From Sarea resinae (lineage: Eukaryota): a stretch of 64,000 bases of DNA. Shown one piece after another: positions 14,001 to 27,263 of the stretch (position 1 is its first letter; every line of letters begins with the position of its first letter). The position numbers and the translations under genes were made by a program. The stretch spans positions 1 to 64,000 of the forward strand of contig JAPEUD010000082.1 of the NCBI GenBank assembly GCA_026026165.1, written 5' to 3'. The notes beneath the pieces are model-generated. The model saw nothing but the letters and a program-made list of their open reading frames with translations. It was not told the DNA's origin and ran no database searches.

Positions 14001-17000
14001 CAACTGGTTGAGCTCTGATTTCTGGGGACGAGCAATAGCATGAACTAAGGGCTCTTCTCCGAGCATCTTGATGTCCTTCTCAACTTGCTGACAGCGTATG
14101 TTCGTGAGTTGACCTGTGAAGTGCTTTTCAAAATATTGAAGCGCTTGCAACTTTAATTGAAGCTTTGCTTGCCGTTCATTATGGCGTTGTCTCTCGACGT
14201 ATGGCCTCAGGGCTGGGTCAAAAGATTTGTCTGGCACATATAGAAGGAGGCTTCCAAGTGAAAAGTAGACCCAAGCCATAGCAGAACATGAATGAGATGT
14301 TTCAAGGTCCTGTCTGGCACGAAGAAGATACTGCACACATGGCATCAGGTATACTTGAAATATCATGCGAAAGTAGTGATCTTCCGGTAAGGTCTCTTGT
14401 AAAGCCAGCCCTGGAGTTTTCGCATAAGACTCCAGAGAAGATAGTCCAGTAGCTTCCGAGCTGCTAGGATTTATTTCCGATATGAAGCGCAGAAAGCCCT
14501 CCGTTAGGAACTCTGCATGGAGCGTAAAGATCTCTTTGGCCAGTGTCCACAGGATGCCATTGAGAATCTCAACCTGGTCACTGGTAACAGCGTTGCTACT
14601 GCCCGAAGCGCTATGTCCAATAACTCTCAGCTCAAGTTGCAACAGCTCAAGTTGCTGGAGGGTGACTTCACCGAGGCCGTTGATCTTATTCAAGACTGAA
14701 ACAGGGAACGAACCCCGCAGAGCCAAGAAAGCTCCTGTTTCGGCAGTACCCGAATAATGAGACAGCTCATCGAAGATTTTTGAAGCATTTGAGTGTCCAG
14801 ATGCTTCTATTAACTTGGAAGGTCGATTGGCGAAGATAGAAACCAATGGATCAAGAGTATTGCCCGCAGGTGACGGGGAGCAGGAAGAATTGTAAAGATC
14901 CATGTGCTGGCATATGGCTTCAAATTCTTTCCTGAAGTAAGGCCTGTCGGCAGTCGCTTCCTCTCCAATCTTGGCCTCTAATTCCTCGACTGCTTCTTCA
15001 AAGTGGTGGAGGAGCTGTTCTCCACTGGCTCCGCGGAGTAGAACGTCAGCGACGGCATTTCCTACAGAATGTCGAATATTGCTCAAATTTGCCAACGGCA
15101 CTTTCACTTTCCAGACCATGTCATCAAACCGATCGGCAAGCTGTTCTAATCGCAACAACGTCTGAAGCTGCTTCATTGACGAGCATGTTTCCGGTCTTAA
15201 CTTCATCCAGAGTCGCTCCATACTTAGACCAGAGGATAATTGCCACATTTGAGTGAATGCATCCAGACAGGTAGCAATACCTTCAGTCAAAGACCGAGAA
15301 GGTTCATCAGCTACGGTATAGCTCGCAACAATTGATCTCCCAATCGACAGATGAACTTGGAAGACACTCTCTTCGAATTCGGTGGATTGCACGAGGTGGA
15401 ATATATCCCACCAGTAGTCTGTTACTTCTTTCAAATGTTGTGGAGATATTGAAATCACACTCTGCAGGTTCATCAGCATCTGTCGCGCTATGGGAATCAT
15501 CGTAACCTTGCTTACCTGACTCGAAGGCTGGCAAGGCGCTGCATTTTGTGACCAGGCTGATAGGACGCCTATGTATTTTACCAAAAACTGACCTACGGGA
15601 GAGGTAGAGTCTTTTGACAGGTAATGGAGGCGATTGGATGCAATTGACCTTTCTAGACGAGTCATCTGAGATACTTTCCGAGAGTTTGAACGTCGAAGAG
15701 CGACATTCAACTGCTGTTCCATAGCCTGCAGCTCCTGAAGAAGCTCGTATAGCGTCGTCAAACGGTATGAGTTCTGGTTGCATTGAGCTAGCTTCTCAAG
15801 TTGGATCAAAAAAGGGTTTGTTAGGGGATGAATTGGCTGAAAATTGTCTCGTTGTTAGTATAGGATCTAAAACCACAAAGCAAGACAGCACTGACCTGCG
15901 CATTCCAGAAATTTTGATCCGCGCCTATAATAGTCGCGTACTCTGTGTAGCAAGGTGAGAGCTCTTGGATCCAACCATGTAAAAAGGAGTTATCATGATT
16001 CAGTCTCTCTGTGGCAAGAGAGAGACGAGCCTCTGGGTCGGCAAGGAGACCCAAAGTAAGCTGTTTGTGCCAACGGCGCAAGAGTTTCGAGTCGGAGATG
16101 GATAGGTGATCCAGGCTCACTTCCGCGAATTTAGAAGCTACATGGTCTGAGAGCTTCTCGCCTTGTGATCGTTCAAATAGTCGATAGCGAGAGACTGAAG
16201 ACTCGAGTGCAAAATGACCACGTGAACCTGAATTAGCCTGTGGTTCAGACTCCGTCTGGGGCATCAAGAAAATCTCAATTGCCCTATTTCTCATGGCACG
16301 AGAGAGTTCTCCATATTGAGGATCCATTGTCAGGAAAAGTCTGAAGTTCGGATGAGGCTCCACCACCTTCGCTTGTCCATCGGGAGTTCGGTGTTCGTTG
16401 AGAATTAGCGATCCGTTTGGCTCAAGTAGAGAATTCAGTCTATCAAGAACAGACGAGCTGCACAGGTTTGCATTGTCAAGGACTAGCCATTTGCCTTGCT
16501 CAAGGGCTTGGACCAAGGCGCCATCTGCCCATTCGAATCGAGCCTTGTCAACCGCTAAAGGCTGGTTGAGATGTTGTTCGCAGCGTATAGAGATGTCGAG
16601 AAGATCTAGAGAGGAATGAGATTCACTCAAGGAACCCAGCAGCTCAAAAATTGCCCGTAAAGTAGGAGCATCAACATGATTTGAACACAAACGATCGAGT
16701 TCTAGGAGTACTTTAGAGGGGGATGACCCAGAAGCATGGTCTTTAATGATCGCATTTCGAACAAAAAACTTAACATCATCAAGGAAAGGGGCTAGCTGTC
16801 GTTGTGGATCGACTTGCTCGTAGCCGCCAACGAGATCCATAGTATCAATGTCTGCGTTGAGCGTGAATTCCACGAGCGGTGCACCTGCAAGTGCCGCTAA
16901 CTGTCTCAGCAGTACGGTCTTTCCCGAGCCAGGCGGGCCCACGAGGATAGCGGGCCAGCGTTGTTGAATGCATATTATCAATGATTCGGTAACTTCAAGG

Positions 17001-20000
17001 GGCAGTGTCAGTCTGCTTGATAGGGGGCCAATGTTCGGTTGGATGACATTATGCCTTGCAAGCATTCCAAGCCCGACTTGAAAAGAAGTTTCGCTGAGAT
17101 TGTAGAACATGTTGCGTTCCTGCTTTTCCTTACGAAAGACCTCGTCGTGAAGCTTCATGAGTTGGAGTCTATCTTGGGCCGTTCGGAATCGCTGCTGAAA
17201 TAGCAAACCCATGTAGTCGCCCGGATCCGCCGTACGGAAAAGCGGGAACTTTGAATTCACCAATTTGAGCCAGCGGAGAATATCTCGAAGGTTGAACTCC
17301 CAAGGGCCACCTTGAGCCCCGTAAGAGCGGTCCACTGTCACTCGAGTATCCAGAGTTACAACGAAGTTTATCAGTCTCTCTATCTCAGACTGCGGATAGT
17401 TGGGATAGCTCCGTCGGCATATTAGTATCATGTCTTCTGGCTGGAATACGTCAGCGTAAACGACAGTGAAACGATTAACAAAAGATGCAGGTAGGCCCTT
17501 CCTTCCCCCTCCCTGGTGATGGGGATTCTGTGCTGCAAAAACCACAAAGTCGGGATGGCGAGTAAAGGTCTGGTTGAGTTCGGAGATGTAGACCTCTCCT
17601 CGATGATCGAGACAAGCATTAAGGCCTTCCAGTACTGATTGTGAGGCAAGGTTCATCTCGTCCAAGAGGACCCACTCGCCCTTCTGCATGGCTTGAAGGA
17701 ACGGAGCATCCCTCCATGCAAAATGCCCTGCTTCTGCTCCCTCTACCGGAACATCGGAGCCAAAGAGGTCCATGAGATCGGTTTGATCGGACAAATTGAT
17801 GCGCGTCAATGGCTTTCCGACTGCCGAAGCTAAAGCCGCGACCAAAGTGGTCTTGCCAACACCAGGATTTCCCTCAAGTAGCAACGGCTTCCGCAATTGT
17901 AGCGCTCGAATAACCCGCATGGCATTCATCGTCGTGGTTGGAGCTTTGAGATTGAAGTCTGGGTTCTCTGTCAAGCCACCCACTCTGGTTATGGAAAAGT
18001 GGCCTATTGTGAGCTTTTGCTCGTCCAAAAGAACATCAACTGTGTTATGATATAGGACGGAAACATCTTGACGAAGAAGCTCGCCGAGTTTACTCAAGCA
18101 CCTTTCCCGTTCCTCGTGAATGCGGCCGCCCGATATCGCAAGCATGGCTGCCGGACTCGCTCCCAGCGTGTCGATGTAAACCATTGCTGCTCCATGCAAT
18201 ATCGCAAAGCATGCATTATCAGTAGGACAGTTGTTGACGAAATTCACCCATGCAAGGATGTCTCGGATCGATATTGACGAGGAAGAAGAAAAATTATAGG
18301 TGGCGCCGAACCATTCTGCGAAAGCCACAATAGCTTCAGAAAATTGAACATATTGACTAGAAAGCTTCGATCTGACGATGAGCAGCACATCGTCGACATC
18401 CGAAAGAGAGGGTACCCATATCTCAGTAAAGCGGTTCCTCAAAGCGGGTGATAGTTCTCTTTTGCCGTAATCGCCACCAGGGTTCATCGTAGCAAGAAAC
18501 TGAAAGCCTTCTGACCCTACGACAAGAGCGTCGTCCGGCCCCTTTTCCGCTAAAAGAAGAGTTCTTTGGGGTTCTAAAACACTGTTCAAGCGCTCCAGTA
18601 CCGAATCGTCGGCCAAGGATATTTCATCAAGGAGAAAGTATTGCCCACTCTTCATGGCTTCTACAAGACTGCCATCCGACCATTCGAAAAGAGCATTCAT
18701 CCGTATCTTGCCGGCAAGGATCCGCTGCCGAAGGTCCATAGGGCACTTCTCGACCTGCTGCTCATCAAGCTTTTCGAAAGATTCCAGTAGACTGGGCAAA
18801 TCATTTTCCACGGTTTTGCCAGGGCAGATGTACAGTCGGAATGCATCCAGCAGATTCTCGAGAAGAGCTTTCTCGATCGCACCTCTGTTTCGTATCGGTC
18901 GCTGTGCCCCTATGAGGTCGCCTGTTTCCATGTTTTGATGAGCGTTGACGATGAAAAGCTTCTTCTCAAAAGCTTCTGCGAGCATCTGACAGACAGTTGT
19001 TTTTCCGCATCCAGTTTCGCCGACTAGGAGGACAGGCTCTTTATTTCGTAGTGCGTGAGAAACTAGAATGTACAATCTCCGCATCGCTTTAGTCCAGACG
19101 ACACCATGGTTAGAGCAGCGATCGTTGAAGGCTTGTATTTCTGGCGACCGGCCGGAGTTGTAAAGAGCTTCTTCATCAATTTTGACTTTCATGACCTTCT
19201 CGATGACCTGCCTGACCGCTTGTCTCTCTTCTAATTTTCTGACGCGCTCAGCAAGGAGCATGAAGCCATTGATGGCCAATTGTTCGCGGTCATCCGCTTT
19301 TCGTAGTGCCCATCTAAAGAGATCTCGTAACGTAGCAAAACTGTTTCTCTGTTCGAAAAGCCGGGTTGTTTGACGAAGGAGCGACAACTCCTTGTACACT
19401 GCAACGATGCGGGAACAAAAGGATGGGGCTATCTGACTTCTCTCTCGGAGGATAGTCTCCAACTCATCTTCTGGGATATCGTCAAAGTGAAGTTCCAGGA
19501 AGCGGTTCCTGAACGCTCTCGAGAGCACCTTTCGTCCGCCATAAAGACCGGCTGGGTTTTGTGTCGCGAAAAGCATGAAATTGCCGTGAGGACGGACGAC
19601 CTCTTGAGTTTCTGGGATTAGAAGCTCTCTATTATCATCTAACAAGCGGTTGAGCGCCTCAAGGACATCCGTTGGTGCCAGATTGAGCTCGTCAAGCACT
19701 ATCCAATGGCCTTCTCGAAGGGCTTGGACTAGAATACCTTCCTGGAATTGCAACGTTCCATCGCTGCGTGAGACATAAGTACCTAGATATTCCTGCAAGT
19801 CCGTATGCTCGTGATTGTTTATCCTGACGAACTTGTTGCCTGTTATCTTAGCAAAATATTCAACCATACTGGTCTTCCCTGAAGACGTGGGACCTTGTAT
19901 GAGAACCGGAAAGCGTCTCGTAGAGGTGGCACGAACAAGATTGAGCATGTTTCGCTCCACGAAAGGGGTTATAATGTAGTGAGGCTGCTCTTCAACTGTA

Positions 20001-23000
20001 TACGCCCCTTGAGGCATCCAATAGTGCTTGAATGGAACGTATTGCTTCCCATCATTGGGGATTTTTGGTGTTTGACTGAGCATTGCTCGAGCATTACGAT
20101 GGCTACCCAAAAGGTGCTTATCAATTAGAGGTACCAGCAAGGCCTCTGACTCTTTATCCAAAGGTGTCAAGAAGCTCATGGAAAAGCCCTCATATAAAGC
20201 TCTTCGAAGTCCATATACTGGAGCTATTTCCGTGACATAGCTTAGAGTACGAGTCAATGTCCGAAGACTGAAGTGAGGTCGCTGGTTTGCTCCATCTACG
20301 AGCCGATTATTCTCTGCGTGACGCTTCGTCTCGAGGTAAAGGCGTGAGATATCGTGCGCTGCTCGATCGTCTGTATGAATGAAGCTGCCAAGATAGGCTT
20401 CGACGACAGTGAGAAGATCATCATAGTCTCGGTCTGGGCTTTGAACGTAGATTTCTGTAAATCTTGATCGGAGACCCATTGGCAGGTCCTTCTTTCCAAT
20501 GTCAGTAGCTGGATTCATAGCGCCAAAAATTCGAAAATCTGGATGAGCTTGGATCCGTTCAACGTCGCCAGTCTCGGACAGTAAAATTGACGGTGTCCCA
20601 CCAGAGCCGCTGTAAAGAAGATCGGCTATGCTCTCCAAAGTATCAGGTGAAGCCAGGTTGATCTCGTCCAGAAGCACCCATTCGCCGTTTCGAGCCGCCT
20701 TTACGATGTTGCCCTCTACGAACGTAAAGGCAAAGCTCTTTGAGCCACTCGAAAGCTGAGAATCAAAGTTCTTAACGTTGGTAGCAAATTTCTCCCAACG
20801 CCCTTTGAGAAGCTGATGCTTCGGCGAGTCTACTTTTCTTCTCTTATTGGGCTTCTGCTCTTCCTCGGTCTCTAGAGACTCCGCAGGTAGACCAAAGACA
20901 CCCTCGACCATTTTTAATGCCTCGTTCCACAGCGTAGAAGCCCGAGTCCATTGTCCCTTTGCAAGACTTTTCCCGAGCATGTCAAGATAACGCTGATTCT
21001 TCTTCAAGGAAAAAGTCGACCCAAACAGATCGTCAAATTCCTCCTTCATCGGGATCGCCAAGCTCCTGATGTTGACAGGCTTGAAGCCGCCCAGAAGATC
21101 TCCACTTTCGCTCTGCTGAGAAAGGTTGACAACGGAAAGCTTTCGTCCCAGGTTATCGGCGAGCTGTTGGACAACAGTAGTTTTTCCAGTTCCGGTCTCG
21201 CCGACTAGGAGAACTGGTTCAGCCATACGGACTGCAACACCTATTCGTTCTAACAGGCGTAGTGTGTGACCGTTTGTTGCAAAAGGCCGTTTTCCGAAAT
21301 TTTCGGCGCGCTTTCTAATTCCAGATGGCGTCTTGCGCTTTAGGAGCCTTGCTCGTCCTATCTGGACCATCTTTTCTGAATTCGTATATCTTGGAACATA
21401 AGATTGGAGATAATATTGCACGCGCTGAGGGGGGACATGCATTTCTTCGGCAATGCAGGATACCGCAGCTATACGAGCTTCGTCCGTCGAAAGACTACCA
21501 GAGAAGCAATCTGCGGCTTCTCTAAAGATGTCATCGCTGACAGTCTCAGGAACTGCTTCATTTCCAGTGAGAGCGCCAGCGGTAGATAACAAGGCATCTA
21601 TTCTGCGACACCACTTCAGGAGATCCCGAGGACTGATTGGCCTCCCTGCCGCAACCTTTGCGCTGCCAACAAAGGATGTCTGTCTATGGAGATGCAGCAC
21701 TCTCCGGTATACATCCATGATCTTGGTTAGATACCCGTGTAGAAGGGGGAACGATCTTGAAATGATCTCTTGAAATTCGTCTTCGCTGGGCATCTGTACC
21801 TGGACGTGTCTCCAGAGTCTATTACCCAGCATGTGTGCATTTGGTAGAGCTTCTTCTCCTCTCGCATTGACGCTGGTACGCATCGTTGCAATCAACTTGA
21901 ATCCTCGAGCGGCACGCACTTTTTCTCCTCGATTCGGGATGAGTAGCTCTCCTCTTTCCAACAATGGTAGAATGACGCTGATGACTTCAGTAGGCGCGCG
22001 ATCGATATCCTCGATGAAAACCCATCGACCTTCTCTTACGGCTGTTGTCAGCACCCCGGATCTCCACGCAAATGAGCCTGGGGTAGAGCCTGTGGTATAC
22101 ATTCCAATGAGCAGTTTCGCATCAGTTTGCTCGTTCAGATGGAGTGTGACCATAGACGAAGCAACGTTTAATTCGCGGGCAAGGTCTGCGACCAGAACTG
22201 TCTTTCCTGAGCCCGGTAGTCCAGTGACTAACAGCGGATCTTGAGTCAATAATGCCTCAGCGAGTCGCCGCATATTCGCCGCAGTCGTAGGGGTGGACAC
22301 GAGAAACGAAGGATCAGATGGATGGCCTTGAAGTCTGGGAAGAAGCACACCACAGGCTTCGGCAGTCAGGTCTGAGAGGTCCCCCTTTGCTAGAAATCTA
22401 GCCGTCGCAGTATTTTCAACCCCGGTATTTCCAACAGTGCGTCTCGACACCAGCAAATCCTCCATGGCCTTCAACCGTTTCTCCTCCCAAAGACTCAGAA
22501 ACCCATAATCAACATCTTTGCCCTCCCACTCGCCCTCAACAGCCTCGTCTCCCAGATATGAGTCCAGCATCCGTTTCGTAGCTGCATCTGCTGCATGTAG
22601 GTATAAAGAGAGTATGCGAACCGCCAAGTATCGGATCGGTCTGCACTCGTGGCGTAATAACGGTTGGAGCTTCGAAGGTCGGAGTTTGCTTCCGAATGTT
22701 TCATTGTCGAACACCAGTAACCTAAATATTGCCAGCAGTAGATCCTGTAGCTGCCAATCTGAGAGCATAGGTTGTTGGCCATCGTCCGGAGACAAGGCAT
22801 TTAAAAGCTGGTCCCCTTCCGGTCGTCGAAGCAATGCTTCAGCATATGCAGCGAGGTGGGGCGCAAATGGAAGTATCCGACCGAACGTTGCAAGCACTGC
22901 TCCAGACCGAGCCGTAAATTGCGGTAGAGATATCCATCTTCCACAGATGTCCGCAAAGAGTGGTTCGTAATAGCTGAAGAGCGTGATGGTCAAAGTAGGC

Positions 23001-23137
23001 TCAAGAGCAGCGGCACTGAGCGCATCGAGGTATTCTCTGCTCGATCCACGCTGGATAATTTCCACAAGCTCTGCAGGGAGTTGTCCGCAGGCTTCCGGAT
23101 CATTCGACAAAGCCGCATCGTACGAAGAGCAGTCCAT
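8097..23137 (-). CDS. MDN1: Midasin / Rea1 AAA-ATPase (60S ribosome biogenesis), about 4,970 aa; exons 23137-15896, 15836-15516, 15461-8097
   Basis: Six tandem AAA modules (GLPGSGKT, GETGTGKT, GPTSSGKT, GETGCGKT, GNPGVGKT, GPPGSGKT; Walker B such as LLDEIN), long linker, D/E-rich region, C-terminal MIDAS/VWA domain (DDSKSM). The two long ORFs are joined by intron 15895-15837. Start Met (MDCSS) is inferred. Confidence 0.97.
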
Positions 23138-23421
23138 GTCCTCCTTCCGATGCTCGTTCGCGGCGATGCAGCCGATCGTGTCTTTTCTGTCTGTTCTGCC
23201 CGATACAAAAATAATAAATTTGTTATGCGATGGATGGCTACTGTAGTAGGTACCTGCAAGTAAGTACTTCAAGTGACGCTAACCCACACGGGGAAATGTA
23301 TCGATCTTCATTTTCGGTGCTTCAACCGGGGCGAGTCGAAACCTCGAAACCTCGAAACCTCGACTTTTCTTCCTGCAGGCCGCCATCCATCCACCATCAT
23401 CAACAGCCCCCTCACATCACC

Positions 23422-24057
23422 ATGTCGATATCTTGCAGCACCGCAGCTCGCTGCTGCGCCCGTGTCGTCCGCCCTTACGCTGCCCCTCTCCGCGCCTCCG
23501 TTGCACTCTCACAGCGACAGGTCTCCGCTCCCTCGCGGCGATGGCAGTCGACCGAGTCGGCAGCCGCACCGACCAACCCGAAGATTGCTGGGATCGTTGA
23601 CCAGATCAGTCAATTGACGCTACTGGAGACGGCAGACTTGGTCTCTTCACTCAAAGTATGCATCTCCTGCCATGAAGAACGGCCCCGTGCCCTTTCACCT
23701 ACGAAAAATTTCTAATCATTCTTTCCTCGCCAGTCTAAACTCAACATTCCCGACATGCCCATTGGCGGCTTCGGCGCCCCTGCTGCCGCTCCAGCGGCCG
23801 CCCCCGTCGAAGAGGAAGAAGCGGCCCCGGCCGCTCAGGAGAAGACCCTGTTCAACCTCAAGCTCCAATCCTTCGACGCGGGCGCCAAGCCGAAGATCAT
23901 CAAGGAGGTCAAGAGCATGCTCGGACTGAGCTTGGTGGACAGCAAGAAGTTCGTCGAGAGCGCACCGAAGTTGATGAAGGAGGGCGTGCCAAAGGAGGAA
24001 GCCGAGAAGATTATCGAGACCCTAAAGGCATTGGGCGGTGTTGTCGTGATGGAGTAG
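23422..24057 (+). CDS. MNP1: Mitochondrial ribosomal protein bL12m (L7/L12); intron 23656-23733
   Basis: Arg/Ser-rich presequence; IVDQISQLTLLETADLV; C-terminal KPKIIKEVKSMLGLSLVDSKKFVESAP. Confidence 0.93.
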
Positions 24058-24413
24058 GGTCGAGAAGGGGGGTGTTGAAGTAAGGTAGAAGAGAAGGGCT
24101 ATCGATGTATATTATCTATAGGGTGTCTGTACCATCTTCAAAACTATATCTCAGCTACATGGGAAATTGTGAGCCCTTTGTCTCGGTGAATCACTCTGTT
24201 TAGCAGCGAGTCGCTGAATGTTCATATGCTAATCTGGTGGATCGTCATTTCTATCATCGCTGGAAGATAGCGAGAAGCGAATTCTGATGTGACTATGAAG
24301 TAAACTCTGAAAGATGGCTCCTGAGTGCGCCGATTCCCAATAGCACCATGCCCGCCATGCCCGTCGAGATCCGATCCGCAGTTGAAACGCCCCAATCAAG
24401 CCATGTGCAGAGT

Positions 24414-25232
24414 TTACATTTCCTCCATGATAGTCTTGTGTTCCTCGCTAGCTTGCTTTCTCTCCATAGCCTCCTCTTCGGCAGCTAAGAAATCATCTTC
24501 GCCTACATCGCTGACTTCGTCCCACAACCTATCGAACTCCTTGTCATCGGAGCCATCCACGGCCCAGATGACCTCTCGAAGTCGCTTGTGACGCTCCCGA
24601 TCTTCCTCGATACGTTGCTCGATCTGGCGCTTGTCCGGACGGGTGTGGCTGCCGTTCGACTTGCCGTGGTCTTTCTTGTCAGCTGTAGAGGCTTTCCCAT
24701 CCGTGGCAGCAGCCGGCGAGGCGATGTCGGGGAGGGTAGGAGCTGTGTCGCGCTCTCCGAGACAGGCTTCGATTTCAGCGACTGCATCAGCAGCGAGAAG
24801 GCCCTTTTGCTGGAGACCACCGAGCACCTACAGGCATCGCGAAGTCAGCGCATACTGATTCAAGATGCTACTTGAAGTAGAGCCTTAGTATCCACTCACC
24901 TTCCTCACGACCTTGACATTGGCGGCTCCGGTACCGTCACTCGGAGCAACAGCATCGACAACACGTAAAATGTCACGCTGCATCATGCGGACGTACTCAA
25001 GATGGTTTTCGCGACGGGCCATTTCGCAGAGATGTTCGATGAAGTACATGATGTTGGCGCGATTGTTCATGTTATTGCGTTCGAGCTGCTCGAGGATGCA
25101 GGAGTGGAGATCCTCATCCATGTCCCGGTTCTTCAAGGCATAGTGGGCGGCCTTCTGCGAAGAGGTGACCGAGGCGTTGAGGCGCTGGAGCTGCGAGGTA
25201 AAGTGCATGCGCACCTCAAAAGGGTCGACCAT
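24414..25232 (-). CDS. CTK3: CTD kinase I subunit gamma (Ctk3); intron 24899-24828; possible in-frame upstream start at 25400
   Basis: MVDPFEVRMHF...DMDEDLHSCILEQLE...RANIMYFIE; C-terminal RIEEDRERHKRLRE. Confidence 0.9.
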
Positions 25233-25681
25233 CTCGGCGTCGTTGGCTACAGCGTCTTCGTACGGCTCGCGGCCATAGACCTGGAAAGGATCTTCCTCTT
25301 CGACTTCCTCGTCCTCCCCGTGTAACTTAGGAGAATAGTAGTCTTCGTCGCCGTCAGAGTCGTAGGCAGCGTTGAGGGTAGCCGCAGAAGAAGAGAACAT
25401 CGTCGGAGAGCTTTGTGTATTCGGTTGCCGCGGGCGGGCGTGTCGGAGTGCGGAGGAACAGTTGATCCGAGGGCGGTGAGAGTATTGCCGACCAGAGATA
25501 GATGAAGAACTTGAAGTAACTCCAACTCCACCAATTCACCGCCGTCTTCTGGGCCTCAGCTGTGAATACTCTTCACCCATCCAATTGTGCCACATCCCGC
25601 TATTCACTACCTCAAGACTCTTTACACGTCTAACATTCGACATTTGAGTTCCTTCCACCCATCATCTTCACCACTATCAAC

Positions 25682-26730
25682 ATGTCTCTCCCCGTCCCTC
25701 CGAACTCGGGCGATGAGTCTGGCCTCACCCTCACAGTCCTAGGCTGCGGTAAGCCCCCTCTCATTCAGCCTCTTAGAAACAGGAAAAACTAACAAAATCA
25801 GGTACGATGGGCATCGCGATTCTCTCGGGCATAATGGCGTCCCTGACAGACCTCCACTCTCCACACCACCAGCCCTCAACACCCACATCGGGCACCTCGA
25901 CCCCATCCGAAGAGCCCCTCCCACCCCGCCTCCCAACCCGCTTCATAGCGTGCGTGCGGCGCCCGGAGTCCGCCAAACGGATAAAATCCTCACTACCCTC
26001 ACACGCCCTCACGATCCTGCAGAACGACAACCTCTCGGGCGCGCAACGCGGCGACGTCATTCTCCTGGGCTGCAAACCGCAGATGCTATCAGACGTACTC
26101 GGCGTGCCGGGAATGACGGAGGCGCTGAAGGGAAAACTGCTCGTCAGCATCCTGGCCGGCGTCCCCGTCCACCAGATCGAAGAGACGCTCTACGGCTCCG
26201 TGTCGGACAACGACCCGGATACCGAGGGGCGCTGTCGCATCGTGCGCGCCATGCCCAACACGGCCTCCTTCATCCGCGAATCCATGACCGTCATCTCGTC
26301 GCCGAAACCGCCACTGCCGCCGACTCTCTCGTCTCTCGTCACCTGGATCTTCACTCGGATCGGTCGCGTCGTGCATCTGCCGCCCGCGACCATGGACGCC
26401 TCGACCGCGCTATGCGGTTCCGGACCGGCTTTCATGGCGCTCATCCTCGAGGCGGTCGCAGACGGCGGCGTAGCCATGGGCCTGCCGCGCGCGGAGGCGC
26501 AACTGATGGCCGCGCAGACGATGCGGGGAGCCGCGGGCCTGGTGCTCAATGGCGAGCACCCGGCGCTCGTGCGCGAGAAGGTGAGCACGCCCGGCGGCTG
26601 CACGATCGGCGGCCTGCTGGTGCTCGAAGAGGGCCGCGTGCGGGGCACGGTGGCGAGGGCGGTGAGAGAGGCCACGGTCGTAGCGAGTCAGCTGGGCAAG
26701 GGTGTCCAGGACGTCAATGGGCCGCGATAG
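25682..26730 (+). CDS. PRO3: Pyrroline-5-carboxylate reductase; intron 25749-25801
   Basis: Rossmann motif VLGCGTMG spans the intron; LGCKPQ, VRAMPNT, ALCGSGPAF, LVREKVSTPGGCT. Confidence 0.95.
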
Positions 26731-27263
26731 ATGGATTTCATTATGCTTTTTTTGGCCTTCATGAATAGATAGGTAGAGACTCTAGAGACGCATTGGTGAT
26801 TATCCAGACTTATTGCTTTTTCCTCCCCCTCTTGCTTTTGATTGCGCTCCTCATATGAGGCCGATGGCGTTTGTTTGCATACCTCTAGGTAGGTACGAAG
26901 CGCGTGGCCTCACGTTTCGATGTTATTCATCCCTCATATGCTTTTGACTTCCACTAAGTCCCTCTTTTTCTTCCCCTAGAGTCTAAAATCTGGAATCAAT
27001 CATATACCAAACCCTCACCTCACCGTCCTCAAGCCTTAGCAGATACGGAAAACCGTTGCAGACCCACAGAGTTCGTGACGATAAGAAAGCTTCCGAGATC
27101 TTTGAATACCTTGATAAACTAAAATACAAGAAAGTCCAAGCCACCAGAGATACATGCATGGCAAGACACTACCTACCTCCTTCCAACGCCACGGCTTTGG
27201 GTTGCGGAGCTAAAGCCCGAAGGCACAAAGAAACAAATGAACAAAGCTACACGAAGGGACCAA

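Noticed and set aside
15810..15900. Apparent split or frameshift of midasin into two giant ORFs
   Set aside because: Explained by a canonical 59-nt GT-AG intron (15895-15837) that restores the frame.
23138..23272. 45-aa N-terminal extension of the midasin ORF in the ORF track
   Set aside because: It begins at a non-ATG codon inside the shared promoter; the first ATG is at 23137.
25950..26768. Long overlapping alternative-frame and antisense ORFs (for example 272 aa over PRO3, 257 aa antisense to SIN1)
   Set aside because: Shadow ORFs expected from GC-rich codon usage; no recognisable domains.
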